From Cyanophora paradoxa CCMP329 (taxonomy: Eukaryota > Plantae > Glaucophyta): a DNA stretch of 56,848 bases. Under the pieces are notes generated by a model. It was not told the DNA's origin. It made no database searches and saw only the letters and a program-made list of their open reading frames with translations. Location of the stretch: positions 1 through 56,848 of the forward strand of contig QPMI01000316.1 in assembly GCA_004431415.1 (NCBI GenBank), read 5' to 3'. Below, piece by piece: positions 46,428 to 56,848 of this stretch. Within the stretch, counting starts at the first letter, position 1, and each line of letters starts with the position of its first letter. Position numbers and translations under genes: made by a program.

Positions 46428-48498
46428 CTAGCGGTGGGCGGCGGCGGGCGGGGGGTGCGGGTGCGGGTGCGGGTGGGCCTCGGGTGCGGGCGGGGCGCGG
46501 CCGCGGCGCCAGAGGTGGCGCTCGCGGTGGCGGAGGGCGTACTCGAGGGACTGCATCTCCCGCAGCCGCGAGACCGCCCGGCGCACCACCAGCGCCCGCT
46601 CCTCCCCGTCCCCGCCCTGCGCCCCGGCCCCGGCCCCCGCCTCCGCCTCCGGCGCGTGCCCGCACCGGCCGCGGGCGCCGCCTTGGGGCGTCCTCGAGGG
46701 AGCCCTCGCCCTGCGCCCCGCCTGCGCACGAGCCGCGGGGCGTCGGGGCTGGAGGGGGCGGGCGGGGCGGAAGCGGGCGGACGGTGCGGGGCCGGGGCGG
46801 GGAAGAGGGCCTCCGGGGGCCCGTCGCTCTGGAGGACGAGGCGCACGCCGGCGTCGTACAGCGCGTCCACCAGCGCCGCCAGCCGCCGCCCCTCCTCCCG
46901 GCGCCCCAGCCGCCGCACCCCCACCAGGAACACCGTGTGGAAGCCTGCCCCGCGCACCCCGGCCCCCTCGGCGGTAGCCCCGCGGGCGGGGCGGGGCGGG
47001 GCGGGGCGGACCGCGGGCGAGGGCGGCGAAGTCGGCGGGGCCGGCGTCGGCGGCGAGGAGGTCCTCGTGGGCCGCCCAGGCGACCCCGGCCCCCGGCGCC
47101 GCGTGCGGCAGCCGCAGCACGCGCCCCGTGCCGGGGACGGCGAGGGGGAAGGCGGGGGCGCGGCGCAGGGGCGCCCCCGCGAGCTCCTCGAAGAGGGCCT
47201 CCACCTCGTGCCGCCCCGCCCGCGTCAGCGTCTCGAAGTGCAGCCGCATCGGGCCCCGCTGCGCCCCGCGCCCCGCCTCAGCCGCTCGGCGGGCCGGGGG
47301 AGGGGGCCGGGGAGGGTGCGGGGGCGTGCGGTGGTGAGGAGGCGGTAGTCGGTGCCGGTGCGCCCGAGGTGGTGCACGTCGCACCGCTCCTTCAGCAGCC
47401 TGCCCGCCCGCCCCCGTCAGCCGCAGCGAGGCAGCGCGGTCGGCGGGGCGGGGCGGGGCGGGACGGGCCGGATGGCGGGGTGGAAGAGCGAGCGGTTGTA
47501 CCCCCCCGCGTAGAGCTCGTCGGGGGGCCGGTTGGAGGTGGTGACGAGGACGCCGCCGCGGGCGAAGAAGGCGCGGAGGAAGGCGCGCAGGAGGAGCATG
47601 TCGGCCACGTCCGCCACCAGCAGCTCGTCCAGGCACAGCAGCCAGTGCTCCTCCGCCATCCTCTTCGCCACCGCCCGCACCGGGTCTGTGCCCCGCACTC
47701 AGCGCCCCCGGGGCGGGGCGGGGCGGTGCGGGGCGGGGCGCGCTGGAGAGGGGCCGGCCGGCGGGGGCGAGGTCGTGGAGGCGGCGGTGGAGGTCGAGCA
47801 TGAAGTCGGAGAGGTGCGCGCGCCGCTTCGAGACGTCGCCGCCCGCGCTCCCGTGGAAGAGGTCCAGCGCCAGCGTCTTCCCGCTGCCGACGGGCCCGTG
47901 GATGTAGAGCCCGCGGGGCGTCCCCGCCATCAGCTCCGCCTCCGCGTGCGTCAGCGCCCCCGCCGCCGTCTCCACCAGCGCCGCCTCCTCCCGCGGCGCC
48001 CCCTCCGCCAGCGCCGCCAGCTCCGCCGTCAGGACCGGCGGCAGGCCCTTCGGCAGCGACGAGTGCAGCTTCGAGTTCGCCCCCGCCGCCACGGGCCCCA
48101 CAGGCGCCGCGTGCACCGCCCCCTCCCGCTTCGCCGCAGCGCTGGCCCCCACGAGCATCCGCCGCGCGCGCTCCTCGGCGTCGATCTTGGCCAGCATCTC
48201 TTTACGCCAGTTCCCGTGGTGCGCGATTTTCTGGTGCAGATCGTCGAGCTGCGTACGCGACGTCAGACGTCGGCCAGCGCCGACCGCTCGGCGGACATCG
48301 CACCTTCAACAGGAGCGCGCCTTGCTCCTCGTCCGGCCGCAGGCGGTGCTCATCAAGGCGAAGCTTGTACGATGCATACGGGCCGTGGGCGGGAACATGC
48401 TTCACGCCGCGCACGCCCAGTTGCCCGATCCTCCAAGCGCGCAGCGCGCCCGATCCACCCATTTGCCCGGCTGGCCTCCGGGCCTGCAGCGCCAGCAT
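46428..48498 (-). CDS. AFG1/LACE1/ZapE-family ATPase, probably mitochondrial
   Basis: PRGLYIHGPVGSGKT (Walker A), LLCLDELLVADVAD (Walker B), LVTTSNRPPDELYAGGYNR, DYR, LVDALYD and RRAVSRLREMQS. Arg-rich presequence. Confidence 0.9.
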
Positions 48499-48666
48499 TG
48501 CGGTCGGTGCACTTGTACCCACCCAGCATCGGGGGAAGAGATCACTGGTGGGTAGGCGCGCTTCGCGAGCTCGTCACAGGCCCAGCGAGGTCACACGAGC
48601 GGTAGCAGTACATGCGCGACTTTTGAAGCGTGCTGATCCAATCGACGGCTCATTCACCAGCCCCCG

Positions 48667-50589
48667 ATGCCTTCCGAGCGCACGCCGCTCCTGTCGAGCC
48701 CAAAATCCGAGCCCGAGGGCCTGAGCCCGCTCGCCGTCTTCGGTGCCCTCGTCAAAACCTTCACCGGTGCGTGCAGCGCTTGCTAGATCGCTGCGGCCGC
48801 GCTCCAGCGGCCGGTTCGACCCTCAGCAGGCGCCGGCGTTCTCGCGCTGCCGTACGCCGTCTCGCGATGCGGGATCGTCTTGGGCACTTTCTTCTTCTGC
48901 TTTTTGGCTGCTGTGTGCCGGTACGTGGCAGCGCGTACGCCATTTGGCTAGCGCTGGGCTAACGCTCCGCAGGGTGTCTTGCAGGATGCTCCTCGCATCG
49001 CGTCGAGATTCCGGGTGTTCGGTGCGGCCCGCGGGGGCCTGCACGCGGTGACGTTCTGAACACTGCGCGGGCGTGTGCAGGGGCCGGACTGCTTCGCTGA
49101 CATCGGGCGGGAGGCGTACGGGGCGCTGGGCCGGGGCGCCGTGCTCTTCTCCGTGCGCGTGCCGGCGTCCGGCCCTCGCCGCGCCCGGGCGAGCGCGTTG
49201 CGAGGGACGGGCGGGGCGGGCAGATCGTGGCGGGGCTGTGGGGGGCGCTCGTCTCGTTCAACCTCGTCATCGCCTCCTCCCTCGCCAGCGTCTTCCCCCA
49301 GGCCCGCCCGCCCCACGCCTGCTCCCCGCGCCCGCAGCTGACGCGTCTGGGGCAGCTCTCGGTGCGGGGCTGGCTGGCCGCCGCCTGCCCCGTCCTCGTC
49401 CTCCTCAACGTCTCCAACAGCGCGCCCCCGGCCCCGCCCCGCGCCCCCCGCGCCCCGCCCCGCTGAGGGGCGGGGCAGGCCGGCGGCTAGTGGCGCTGGT
49501 GAGCGCGCTGGGGAACGCCGTCCTCTTCGTCAGCTGCGCCGCCGTCCTCGCCGCCGGCTACGACGAGTGGAGCCGTGCGCCCCCGCCCACCCCCGCGGCG
49601 GCCGCGAGGGGCGACGGGGCTGCAGAGGGGGCGCGGGAGGGGCCGGCGCTGGCGATCCCGGAGGGCGTGGGGGTCTTCTTCGGGGTCGCCACCTTCTCCT
49701 TCACCGTCCAGACCGCCGTCCGCCCGCCCCGCCCCGCCCCCGTCCGCCCCTCCCGCCCCGCCCTTCCCCGAGCCCGCCCCGCAGGTCTTCCCGATGGAGG
49801 ACGCCATGCGGGGCTCGGGGCCCGGCTCCCCGGGGGGCGGGGGCGGGGGCGGGGGCGGGTCGGCCTCGTTCGGGCGGGTGCTGGACTGGGCGATCGGGGC
49901 GGTGCTGGCCTTCTACACGGCCTTCTCCGTCGCCGCCTACGCCGCCTTCGGGGCGCGCACGCAGCAGATCGTCGTCCTCAACATCACCAAAGGCTACACC
50001 GCCGTCGCCGTCCAGGCGCCCGCCCCCCGGCCCCTCCCGAAGCGCCGAGCGCCCGCTGAGCGCGCCCCCGTCCTCCGCAGCTCAGCATGAGCGCCGTCGT
50101 GGCATTGACCTTCCCCGTCGTCCGCCCCGCCCCGCCCCGCCCCGGCCCCGCGCCGCGCCGCGCCGGGCCGGGCTGACGGCAAGGCAGGTGGGACTGCCCC
50201 TCGTCCTCACCCTCTCCTCCCTTGCCCTCCCCCGCAAGGCCGACGCCGAGGCCGGCGGGGGCGGGGGCGAGGAGGGGTCGCCGGCGGCGGGGGGCCCGCT
50301 GGTGGCGGCGCTGCGCGTGGGGATCGTGCTGACGACGGCCGGCTGCGCGGCGCTCTTCACGGAGTCGTTCGCGCTCTTCACGAGCCTCGTCGGCTCCTTC
50401 GCGATCTCCCTCATGACGACCATCCTGCCGCCCCTCTTCTACGCGCGCATCTGCGGGCCCCGAGTGGGGCCCCTGCGGGCGGGGCTGGCGGTGCTGATGG
50501 CCCTCGCGGGGGCCGCCGTCGCCGCCGCCTCCGCCGCCGCCGTCATCGCCGACCTCGCCAGGCCCCACGCCCCCCACCCGGCCCCCTGA
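48667..50589 (+). CDS. AAAP / Aa_trans-family amino-acid transporter
   Basis: ERTPLL dileucine-like N-terminus, VKTFT|GAGVLALPYA, FADIGREAYGALG, FFGVATFSF, AAYAAFG..QQIVVLNI and FTSLVGSF..ILPPLFY. Many hydrophobic helices. Confidence 0.87.
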
Positions 50590-51090
50590 TCGTCAACCCG
50601 ACACGCCCTCCAATGCCCAGACCCACACTCCTGCCCGTGCATATGCCCATATACCCATACCCATGCCGACGCCGAGGCCGGCGGGGGCGGGGGCGAGGAG
50701 GGGTCGCCGGCGGCGGGGGGCCCGCTGGTGGCGGCGCTGCGCGTGGGGATCGTGCTGACGACGGCCGGCTGCGCGGCGCTCTTCACGGAGTCGTTCGCGC
50801 TCTTCACGAGCCTCGTCGGCTCCTTCGCGATCTCCCTCATGACGACCATCCTGCCGCCCCTCTTCTACGCGCGCATCTGCGGGCCCCGAGTGGGGCCCCT
50901 GCGGGCGGGGCTGGCGGTGCTGATGGCCCTCGCGGGGGCCGCCGTCGCCGCCGCCTCCGCCGCCGCCGTCATCGCCGACCTCGCCAGGCCCCACGCCCCC
51001 CACCCGGCCCCCTGATCGTCAACCCGACACGCCCTCCAATGCCCAGACCCACACTCCTGCCCGTGCATATGCCCATATACCCATACCCAT
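50239..51090. repeat. 426-bp direct tandem duplication of the transporter's 3' coding end and 3' flank
   Basis: 50239-50664 and 50665-51090 appear identical, from GCCGACGCCGAGGCCGG to ATACCCATACCCAT. Confidence 0.92.
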
Positions 51091-51147
51091 GGCATATGCA
51101 CGGGCATGGGCAATGGAATTCCACCGCAATTTCCCCCCCCCCCCCGC

Positions 51148-51180
<33 letters not shown>

Positions 51181-52110
51181 TAGATCTCCCGGCCTCCCTG
51201 GAGCTCTCCGCTCCCTCCTTCTCGCCCTTCGAATTCCGATTTCTTGTCCCGGCCTCTCCGAGGCTCTGGATCCCTCGCCATGGCCCGTTCTGCCCATGGC
51301 CAGAACCATTGATGCCGCAGCTCAGCGGCTGCCGCGCGCAGTACAGTGGCAGTGGTCATCATTGGCATCATGACATGCCGCCGGGCCGCAGTGCCATGAT
51401 GAACTTTCGGAATGAGTTACTTCGTGAGTTGCCCAATGCCATGATGATGCATATGGCGCGGCCCACTGGCTGCCAGGCTGCAGTGGCCAGCTGCAGTGGA
51501 CCCGGGCCCCGGGCCCAGACTCAGTGAGTCAGCTGCAGCCCCGTGAGCTCCGAGGGGCCCGGGGCGTAGGCAGTGGCCATGCCATGATGGGGCGCCGGCG
51601 CCGGACTCGGCAGGCCTGAGCAAGCTTTGGCCTTCAAGGCTTCCGACTTCCGAAGTTCACTGAAGTTCGAAGGCTTGAAGACTCAATGATCATCATGGCA
51701 TCTAGATCTCAAGAACACCATGAAATCTCGAAGCTCAGCGGCTTAAGCTTGAGCCTCGGAGCGGGGCCAGGCGCCCGGCGGCCTGCCAGGCTGCGCCTCG
51801 CGATCGCACCGCATGCCCCCCGCACCGCCGCTGGCAGGCGCCCAGTAGAAGCGCTAGCCGCTGAGCGGGAGGCTGCGCCACCAAAGCGATTGACTAGAAC
51901 GATGTATTTTTTCGAAGAAATCACAAAGCTGGCGCGTAAACTTACAGGGCTAATCCTATGCCTGATCTCTGTACAAGCACATCTCTCACGCGGACGGCGG
52001 CTTGTCATAGATGCAGCCGCCGCGGCTACGTATAGTTCAAATGGGTCTGTTGTCTACGAGATACAAAGCACTGCAAGATGGAAAGAAAAAGGGGGACGGG
52101 GGGCCGCAGG

Positions 52111-53816
52111 CTAGCGGCGGCTAAACACGGAGGAGCCGTGCTTGTCGTAGAGGCTCTTCTTGGCGGGGTCGGAGAGGATCTGCGGGGCGCGCACGCGCGT
52201 GAGACGGGGGCGGGGCCTCGGGAAGGGGCCGGGGCGGCGGGGGGCGGGGCGGGGCGGGCCTCGTAGGCGAAGTTGATCTCGACGATGAAGGTGCGGGCGC
52301 GCTCGCGGTCCTCGGCTACGTCAGGGTGCCACTTGCGCACCTGGCGCCGGTACGCCTCCTTGATGTCCGCCGCCGACGCCATCGACCCGTTCTGCACCTG
52401 CGCCCCCGCCCCGCCCTCGCACCCACGCCACCCCACGCCACGCCGCGCGGGGCGGGGCGGGGCGGGGCGGGCCTCGAGGATGGAGTAGAGGTCCATGTGC
52501 TGGAACTCCGCGTTGCGCGCGTAGAAGCCGAACCCGTCCTCCCCCTTCTCCTCCTCCCACCCCGCCCGGTTCGAGCTCCGCGCCCCCCAGTTCGTCCGCC
52601 CGTAGTCCTGGTACCTGCCCGCCCCGCCTCGGTCCCCCGCCCCGCACCCGCCCCGGGGCGCCGTGCGGCGCGGCGCACCCGTACTGCTGGTAGGACCAGG
52701 AGCCGCTCGAAGAGGAGGAGGACGAGGAGTAATAGTTCGCCTTGTAGGCCTGTCGCTCGGCCCACTGCCCAGCCGCCCCCCCCGTCGGCGCCCCGCCGCG
52801 CGGGGGGCGGGGCGGCGGGTCGCCCGCACCCGCTCTTGGTCCTTGCCCCATTGGGCCTTGTACGCGTTCCACGCGTTCTCCTCGGAGAAGCCCGTGCGGC
52901 CGCTGCTGCCGTCCTCCGCCGGCTCACGCATCTTCCGCTCGTAGTACGACGCCCAGTTCGCCGCTGCGCCCCGGGGCCCAGGCTCGGCCCCGCCCCCCCA
53001 CGGCCCCGCGGGGCGCGGCGGGGCCTACACATGTGGTCATTCCAGTTGCGCTGCGCGTGCTGCGCAGCCGCCCGAAACGCCTCCTGCTGCGCCGCCGCCT
53101 GCTGCGCCTGCTGCTTGATCCAGCCCGCCCACTTCCTGCGGGGGGCTCGCACGGGGGGCGGGGCGGGGCGGGGCGGCGGGGGCGCCTGTAGGTCTCGCGG
53201 TCCTCGACGTTGTTGGAGGCGCTCGGGGGCTTGAACCAGGAGGGCGCCGCCTCGGGGCCCGTCGCCGAGGAGCGCGCCGCGTTCCACTGGCTCCACGCGC
53301 TCGACTCCGCCCGCCGCCGCTCGTCCTCCTCCTCCTGCGCCGCCCGCGCCGCCGCCGCCGCCGCCTCCGCCTCCTCGTCCACCCGCTTCTTCCGCCGAAA
53401 CTCGAAGTTCATCGCCCGCTCCTCCGTGCTGAAGCCCTCCGTCGTCTGCGTCCGCACCTTCTGCTCCCACTGCGCCCCCCGCACCGCCGAGCCGTCAGGC
53501 GCCGCCGGCGGGGCGTGGCGGGGCCGCGGCGTCCGCACCGCGTAGTAGACGCGGCTGCTGGTCTTGCTGTCGTAGTAGGGGGACGCCTGGCTGTACCCGT
53601 TGTCCGAGCCGAGCGAGCGCACGAACTGCGTCGCCGCAGAAAAGAGGTGAGAAGGGCGGGAGCGCCGCGCGGTCGCGTACCGAGAAGATGCTGTCCACCG
53701 GCGTGAAGACGGCGCTCTTCATGAGCTCAAACACGACCTCGAGGGGAGTACGATCCCGCTTCTCGATATCAACAGGCTCGCGCTGCCGGCTCAGCCAGCC
53801 GAAGATCTGCGAGAGA

Positions 53817-53852
<36 letters not shown>

Positions 53853-54304
53853 GAGCGGCGGCGCGTGGGGAAGATAGCTAAGGGGAGCCACCGCATTGAT
53901 GAAGAAAGCTTCTTGAGCGTCCGACTGCCTGCTCGCCGCTGCAGCAGCGGCGACCAGCGCGGCGAGGCTCCCCTCGCCGGAGAAGAAGAACCGCGCCGCC
54001 GGCGTCCAGTTCGACCGCCCGACGAGCGTTGAGGGCTGGAGAACATTGGAGGTATTTGCCCCTTTCGAATGGACGCTCCGGCGTTTCCCCGGGCGGCTGC
54101 GCGTCTAGGCCATCAGCCGCGGGAAAAAATGATAGAGCGACCGGACAAGAGGCGCGGCCCGGACCTAGAATTCCGGTTGGCGCCCACTGAAATCACGAGA
54201 CAAGCGCCGGGGGCGAACGCGAAGCCGCGGCGGCTGGCGCGGTCTCCGCGAGCCGCAGGAACGGCTGGCGGCACGAACGCCTGAACACGGCCATGAACCT
54301 CCAT
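52111..54304 (-). CDS. J-domain (DnaJ type C) protein with C-terminal J domain; 5' end uncertain
   Basis: MDLYSILE|VQNG..ADIKEAYRRQVRKWHPDV..EINFAYE|ILSDPAKKSLYD has an intact HPD motif. Possible organellar presequence MEVHGRVQAFVPP. Confidence 0.8.
53811..53849. repeat. (GA)n microsatellite, reading as a CT polypyrimidine tract in a J-protein intron
   Basis: GAGAGAGCAGAGAGAG... lies immediately before the minus-strand AG acceptor. Confidence 0.85.
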
Positions 54305-54516
54305 TTTTGCCAAAGCTAGGACCTCTTCCGCGGAGGCTACAAGCGCCGGCCGGGTGCGGGACGGTACGTTGGCCCACTATGCTGGGTTCAAAGGGGGGAC
54401 ATGCCGCGGGGGGCGTACAGCATCGTGCAGATGTTGGGGCGGGGGGGGGGGGGGGGGGCGGCGTACAGGTTCAAACATACTCTTCTTCTTCTTCTTCTTC
54501 TTCAAAGACCGCAACC

Positions 54517-55725
54517 ATGATCCGGGCGTTTACGGGAGACATACGCACCAGCGGCCTGCGTTTTGCAACGCGGCGCTTGCTCCAGATGAAGGGCGAGCTT
54601 AGGTGCATTTCCCCGCTTCAAAAGCGCGCACCGCCAGCGCCTGAAGCGCTGTCTCGCAGACCGGGGAGGCTCGTCGGAGTCGACTCTGTGGTGCGGCGCT
54701 CTCTTAAGCAATGCGCGGAGCCTCGGACTCGCCGCGTACCGCGCTCGTCGAGCCTGTGTTCCAATTGCGCGGCTTAAACGTGCTTTTTACGAGTCGTTGC
54801 GACAGGGAAATCGCTACTTCGGTTCGTTTTGTTAATTAGTCTCGATTTCTGCTCCTGCATATTCAAGCGCTCCCTCCCTGCCGAGCTCCTCGCGCTCGCC
54901 GCGAGCGCCCCCGGGCTGCGCATGCAGCGGTTCGTGCCCACAATCTTCGCAGAAGATGAGCGTGGCGGCAAGGCGCCGAACCTGCACGACCGCTGGATCG
55001 AGTACGCGGTGCGTGCTTGCTCCGCACGTCTGCTGCATGTCTGCGCATGCGAGTGATCTACGGTAGGGCGACGCAACGGGCGCGGACGCTAGCGAGCAGG
55101 ACCCCTGCTGGTGAAATCCTCGAACGCGCGCTATCGCTCTAACTCGTAGCCGCTCCGCGACACGCCGTGGGCATCTTACTCCGCGCAGGTTCGCTTGGCT
55201 GCACCACACGAGGGACGAGCCGCCGCCTGTGCTGGAGGCGGACCCCGCGCACCGCCGCGCGCACCCCTTCTACGAGGAGCGGCCCTCGAAGAACATGACG
55301 GGCACCGAGCACGCCTTCGACTTCCACCCCGGGCACCGTCCGCTCGCCCCGCTGCCCCGCCCATGCCCGACTCGAGCTCGAGCTTCCGTGGCCATGCTGA
55401 CATGGCGCCGGCGACCGCAATCTCACTGCACGCCCCCTCGGCCAGGCCTGCACCCCAAGGGCTGGCACCCCTACCGCGCGGAGGTCCGCCCGCGACAGAC
55501 GCCCGCCGCGCAGGGCCTGAGCGGCGGGCATGCAGGTCGAGGAGTGGGAGCCGCCGCCGGAGGTGCGCGCGGGGGCGGGGCGGCGCACTCTGGTTGAGCG
55601 GCGCCTGAGCCTCTCGCGCGCATGCGCAGGCGGGGCGCCTCGACCTGAGCGCGTTCCCGAAGCCGACGCGGAGCGGGGCGAACCTCGCCGAGATCGCCAG
55701 CCGCGGCAGGCAGGCGCCCCACTGA
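54517..55725 (+). CDS. NDUFA12: NADH:ubiquinone oxidoreductase subunit NDUFA12 (B17.2) family
   Basis: GRLVGVDSV|GNRYF|EDE..DRWIEYA|..DAS..W|FAWLHH..KNMTGT..|VEEWEP match the family motifs. Includes a 16-nt exon at 54806-54821. Confidence 0.85.
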
Positions 55726-56021
55726 TCCGCTGAGGGCGCGCGCGGCCCTCGAGCTCTTGGCCATGGGCCGGGCGTGTACGTACGCGTCGACGTCGACGCG
55801 CGCGCGGCGCCTCGGGCGCGCGCCATGCTCGCGCGCGAGACGCGTTCCTAGAAATCAATTAAACTCCATATGTGCGCGGACGTTGTGTTACGGAAGCGGG
55901 TGTCGGCAGAGGGCAGGAGGAGGCCCGGGGCCGGGGGCCGCGGCGGGGGGATACAGTGCAGTACTAGTTGCGATCGGCGCCCAACTGCCGGCGGCGCCGG
56001 CGGGACGCTCGCCAGATATCG

Positions 56022-56848
56022 ATGCTGCTGGCGCGGGCGTCCGCGCGCTTGGCCGGCCGACTGCGACCCGCGGCGTGCGCGTACACGCTGCCGCTGCCGG
56101 GCCGCAGCCGCGCGGCGGCGTACGCGGAGCGGCGGATCAGTCAGTCGGCCGCACGCGCGGCTCCGCCGTCGGGAACGACGCCGCCGGGCGAGTTGACGAC
56201 GAGGCCGGTCGAGAGCTCGAGGAGCGAGGGCCGCGACGAGGGCAGCGGCGCCGGCGCGAATTGCAACGACGCGGGTGGAGGCGGCAGAGCAGAGGAGGAG
56301 CAGGGCTCGAGGAGCGAGCAGAGCGAGTGGAGCGAGGGCGTATTCGTGGATCACGACCCGTCCCCGTGGACCTCGTTCCTGTGCGGCGGTGCGGCTGCCG
56401 CGACTGCAGCTGCCGGTCCCGACTGCGGCGCGGTGGACTCACGGGCATGCTCGGGGGCGGGGCGCAGGGGCGCTGATCGGACTGGCGGTGTACACGCAGC
56501 ACGTGGGCCTGGAGGCGATGGCGGAGGCGGAGGCGGCGCGCGCGTGGCCGGCTGCCACGGGCTTCGTCGTCCGCTCGGAGGAGCTCCTTGCCAAGGAGCT
56601 CTGGCTCACCACCGTCCCCAGCGTCACCTACGTCTACTCCCCGCTCTGGTCCTTTCACGCGTGCGTTGAGGCTGAGCGGGAGCGGGAGGCGGAGGAGCGG
56701 AGCCACGGGCCGGCGCCGGCGGAGCCGCGGCTCGAGATGGGCGTCCCCGAGCACGAGGCGGCCCTCGTCGAGCCGGCCGACGCCGCCTGGCTCCGCTCCG
56801 GCTTCTTCCACGCCCCGGAGCCGCCCCCGCCGCCCCCGCACGCCCCCG
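56022..56848 (+). CDS. Hypothetical protein with possible mitochondrial presequence, truncated by the window end
   Basis: MLLARASARLAGRLRPAACA.. start with open exons running to the end. No family recognised. Confidence 0.45.

Noticed and set aside
51089-51623. ORFs downstream of the duplication, including a polyproline from the C-tract
   Set aside because: They derive from homopolymer and low-complexity CCATG/CAGTG-rich DNA, with no coding signature.

Overview
GC-rich, intron-dense eukaryotic nuclear DNA with about 21 protein-coding genes. Introns are short (mostly ~40-110 nt), often use GC-AG boundaries and are often filled with CCCCG/GGGGC runs, so the supplied ORF track mostly shows read-through or shadow frames and I spliced genes by hand. 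A plastid sensor kinase with an N-terminal Phe-containing transit peptide, PHR/SPX phosphate regulators and a Cdc25 suggest an early-branching archaeplastid alga; a glaucophyte such as Cyanophora is my inference only. Gene order: PHR1/PSR1-like MYB-CC factor; small membrane protein; ~1.8 kb inverted-repeat-bounded, CACGTG-rich element with a spliced PHD finger; CSK/Hik2-like kinase with its phospho-His replaced by Gln; UVSSA; SPX domain fused to a PCO/ADO-type cupin lacking two of three iron-binding His (top candidate for an undescribed system); RNase H2C; LRR-ankyrin protein; epsin; Cdc25; an inverted pair of divergent ubiquitin-like-S27a genes around a RING-kinase-LRR gene; formin; two hypothetical genes; CaaX-tailed kinase with a 5-nt microexon; AFG1 ATPase; amino-acid transporter with a 426-bp tandem duplication; J-domain protein; NDUFA12; and a truncated gene. 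All family assignments rest on motif recognition, not database searches.
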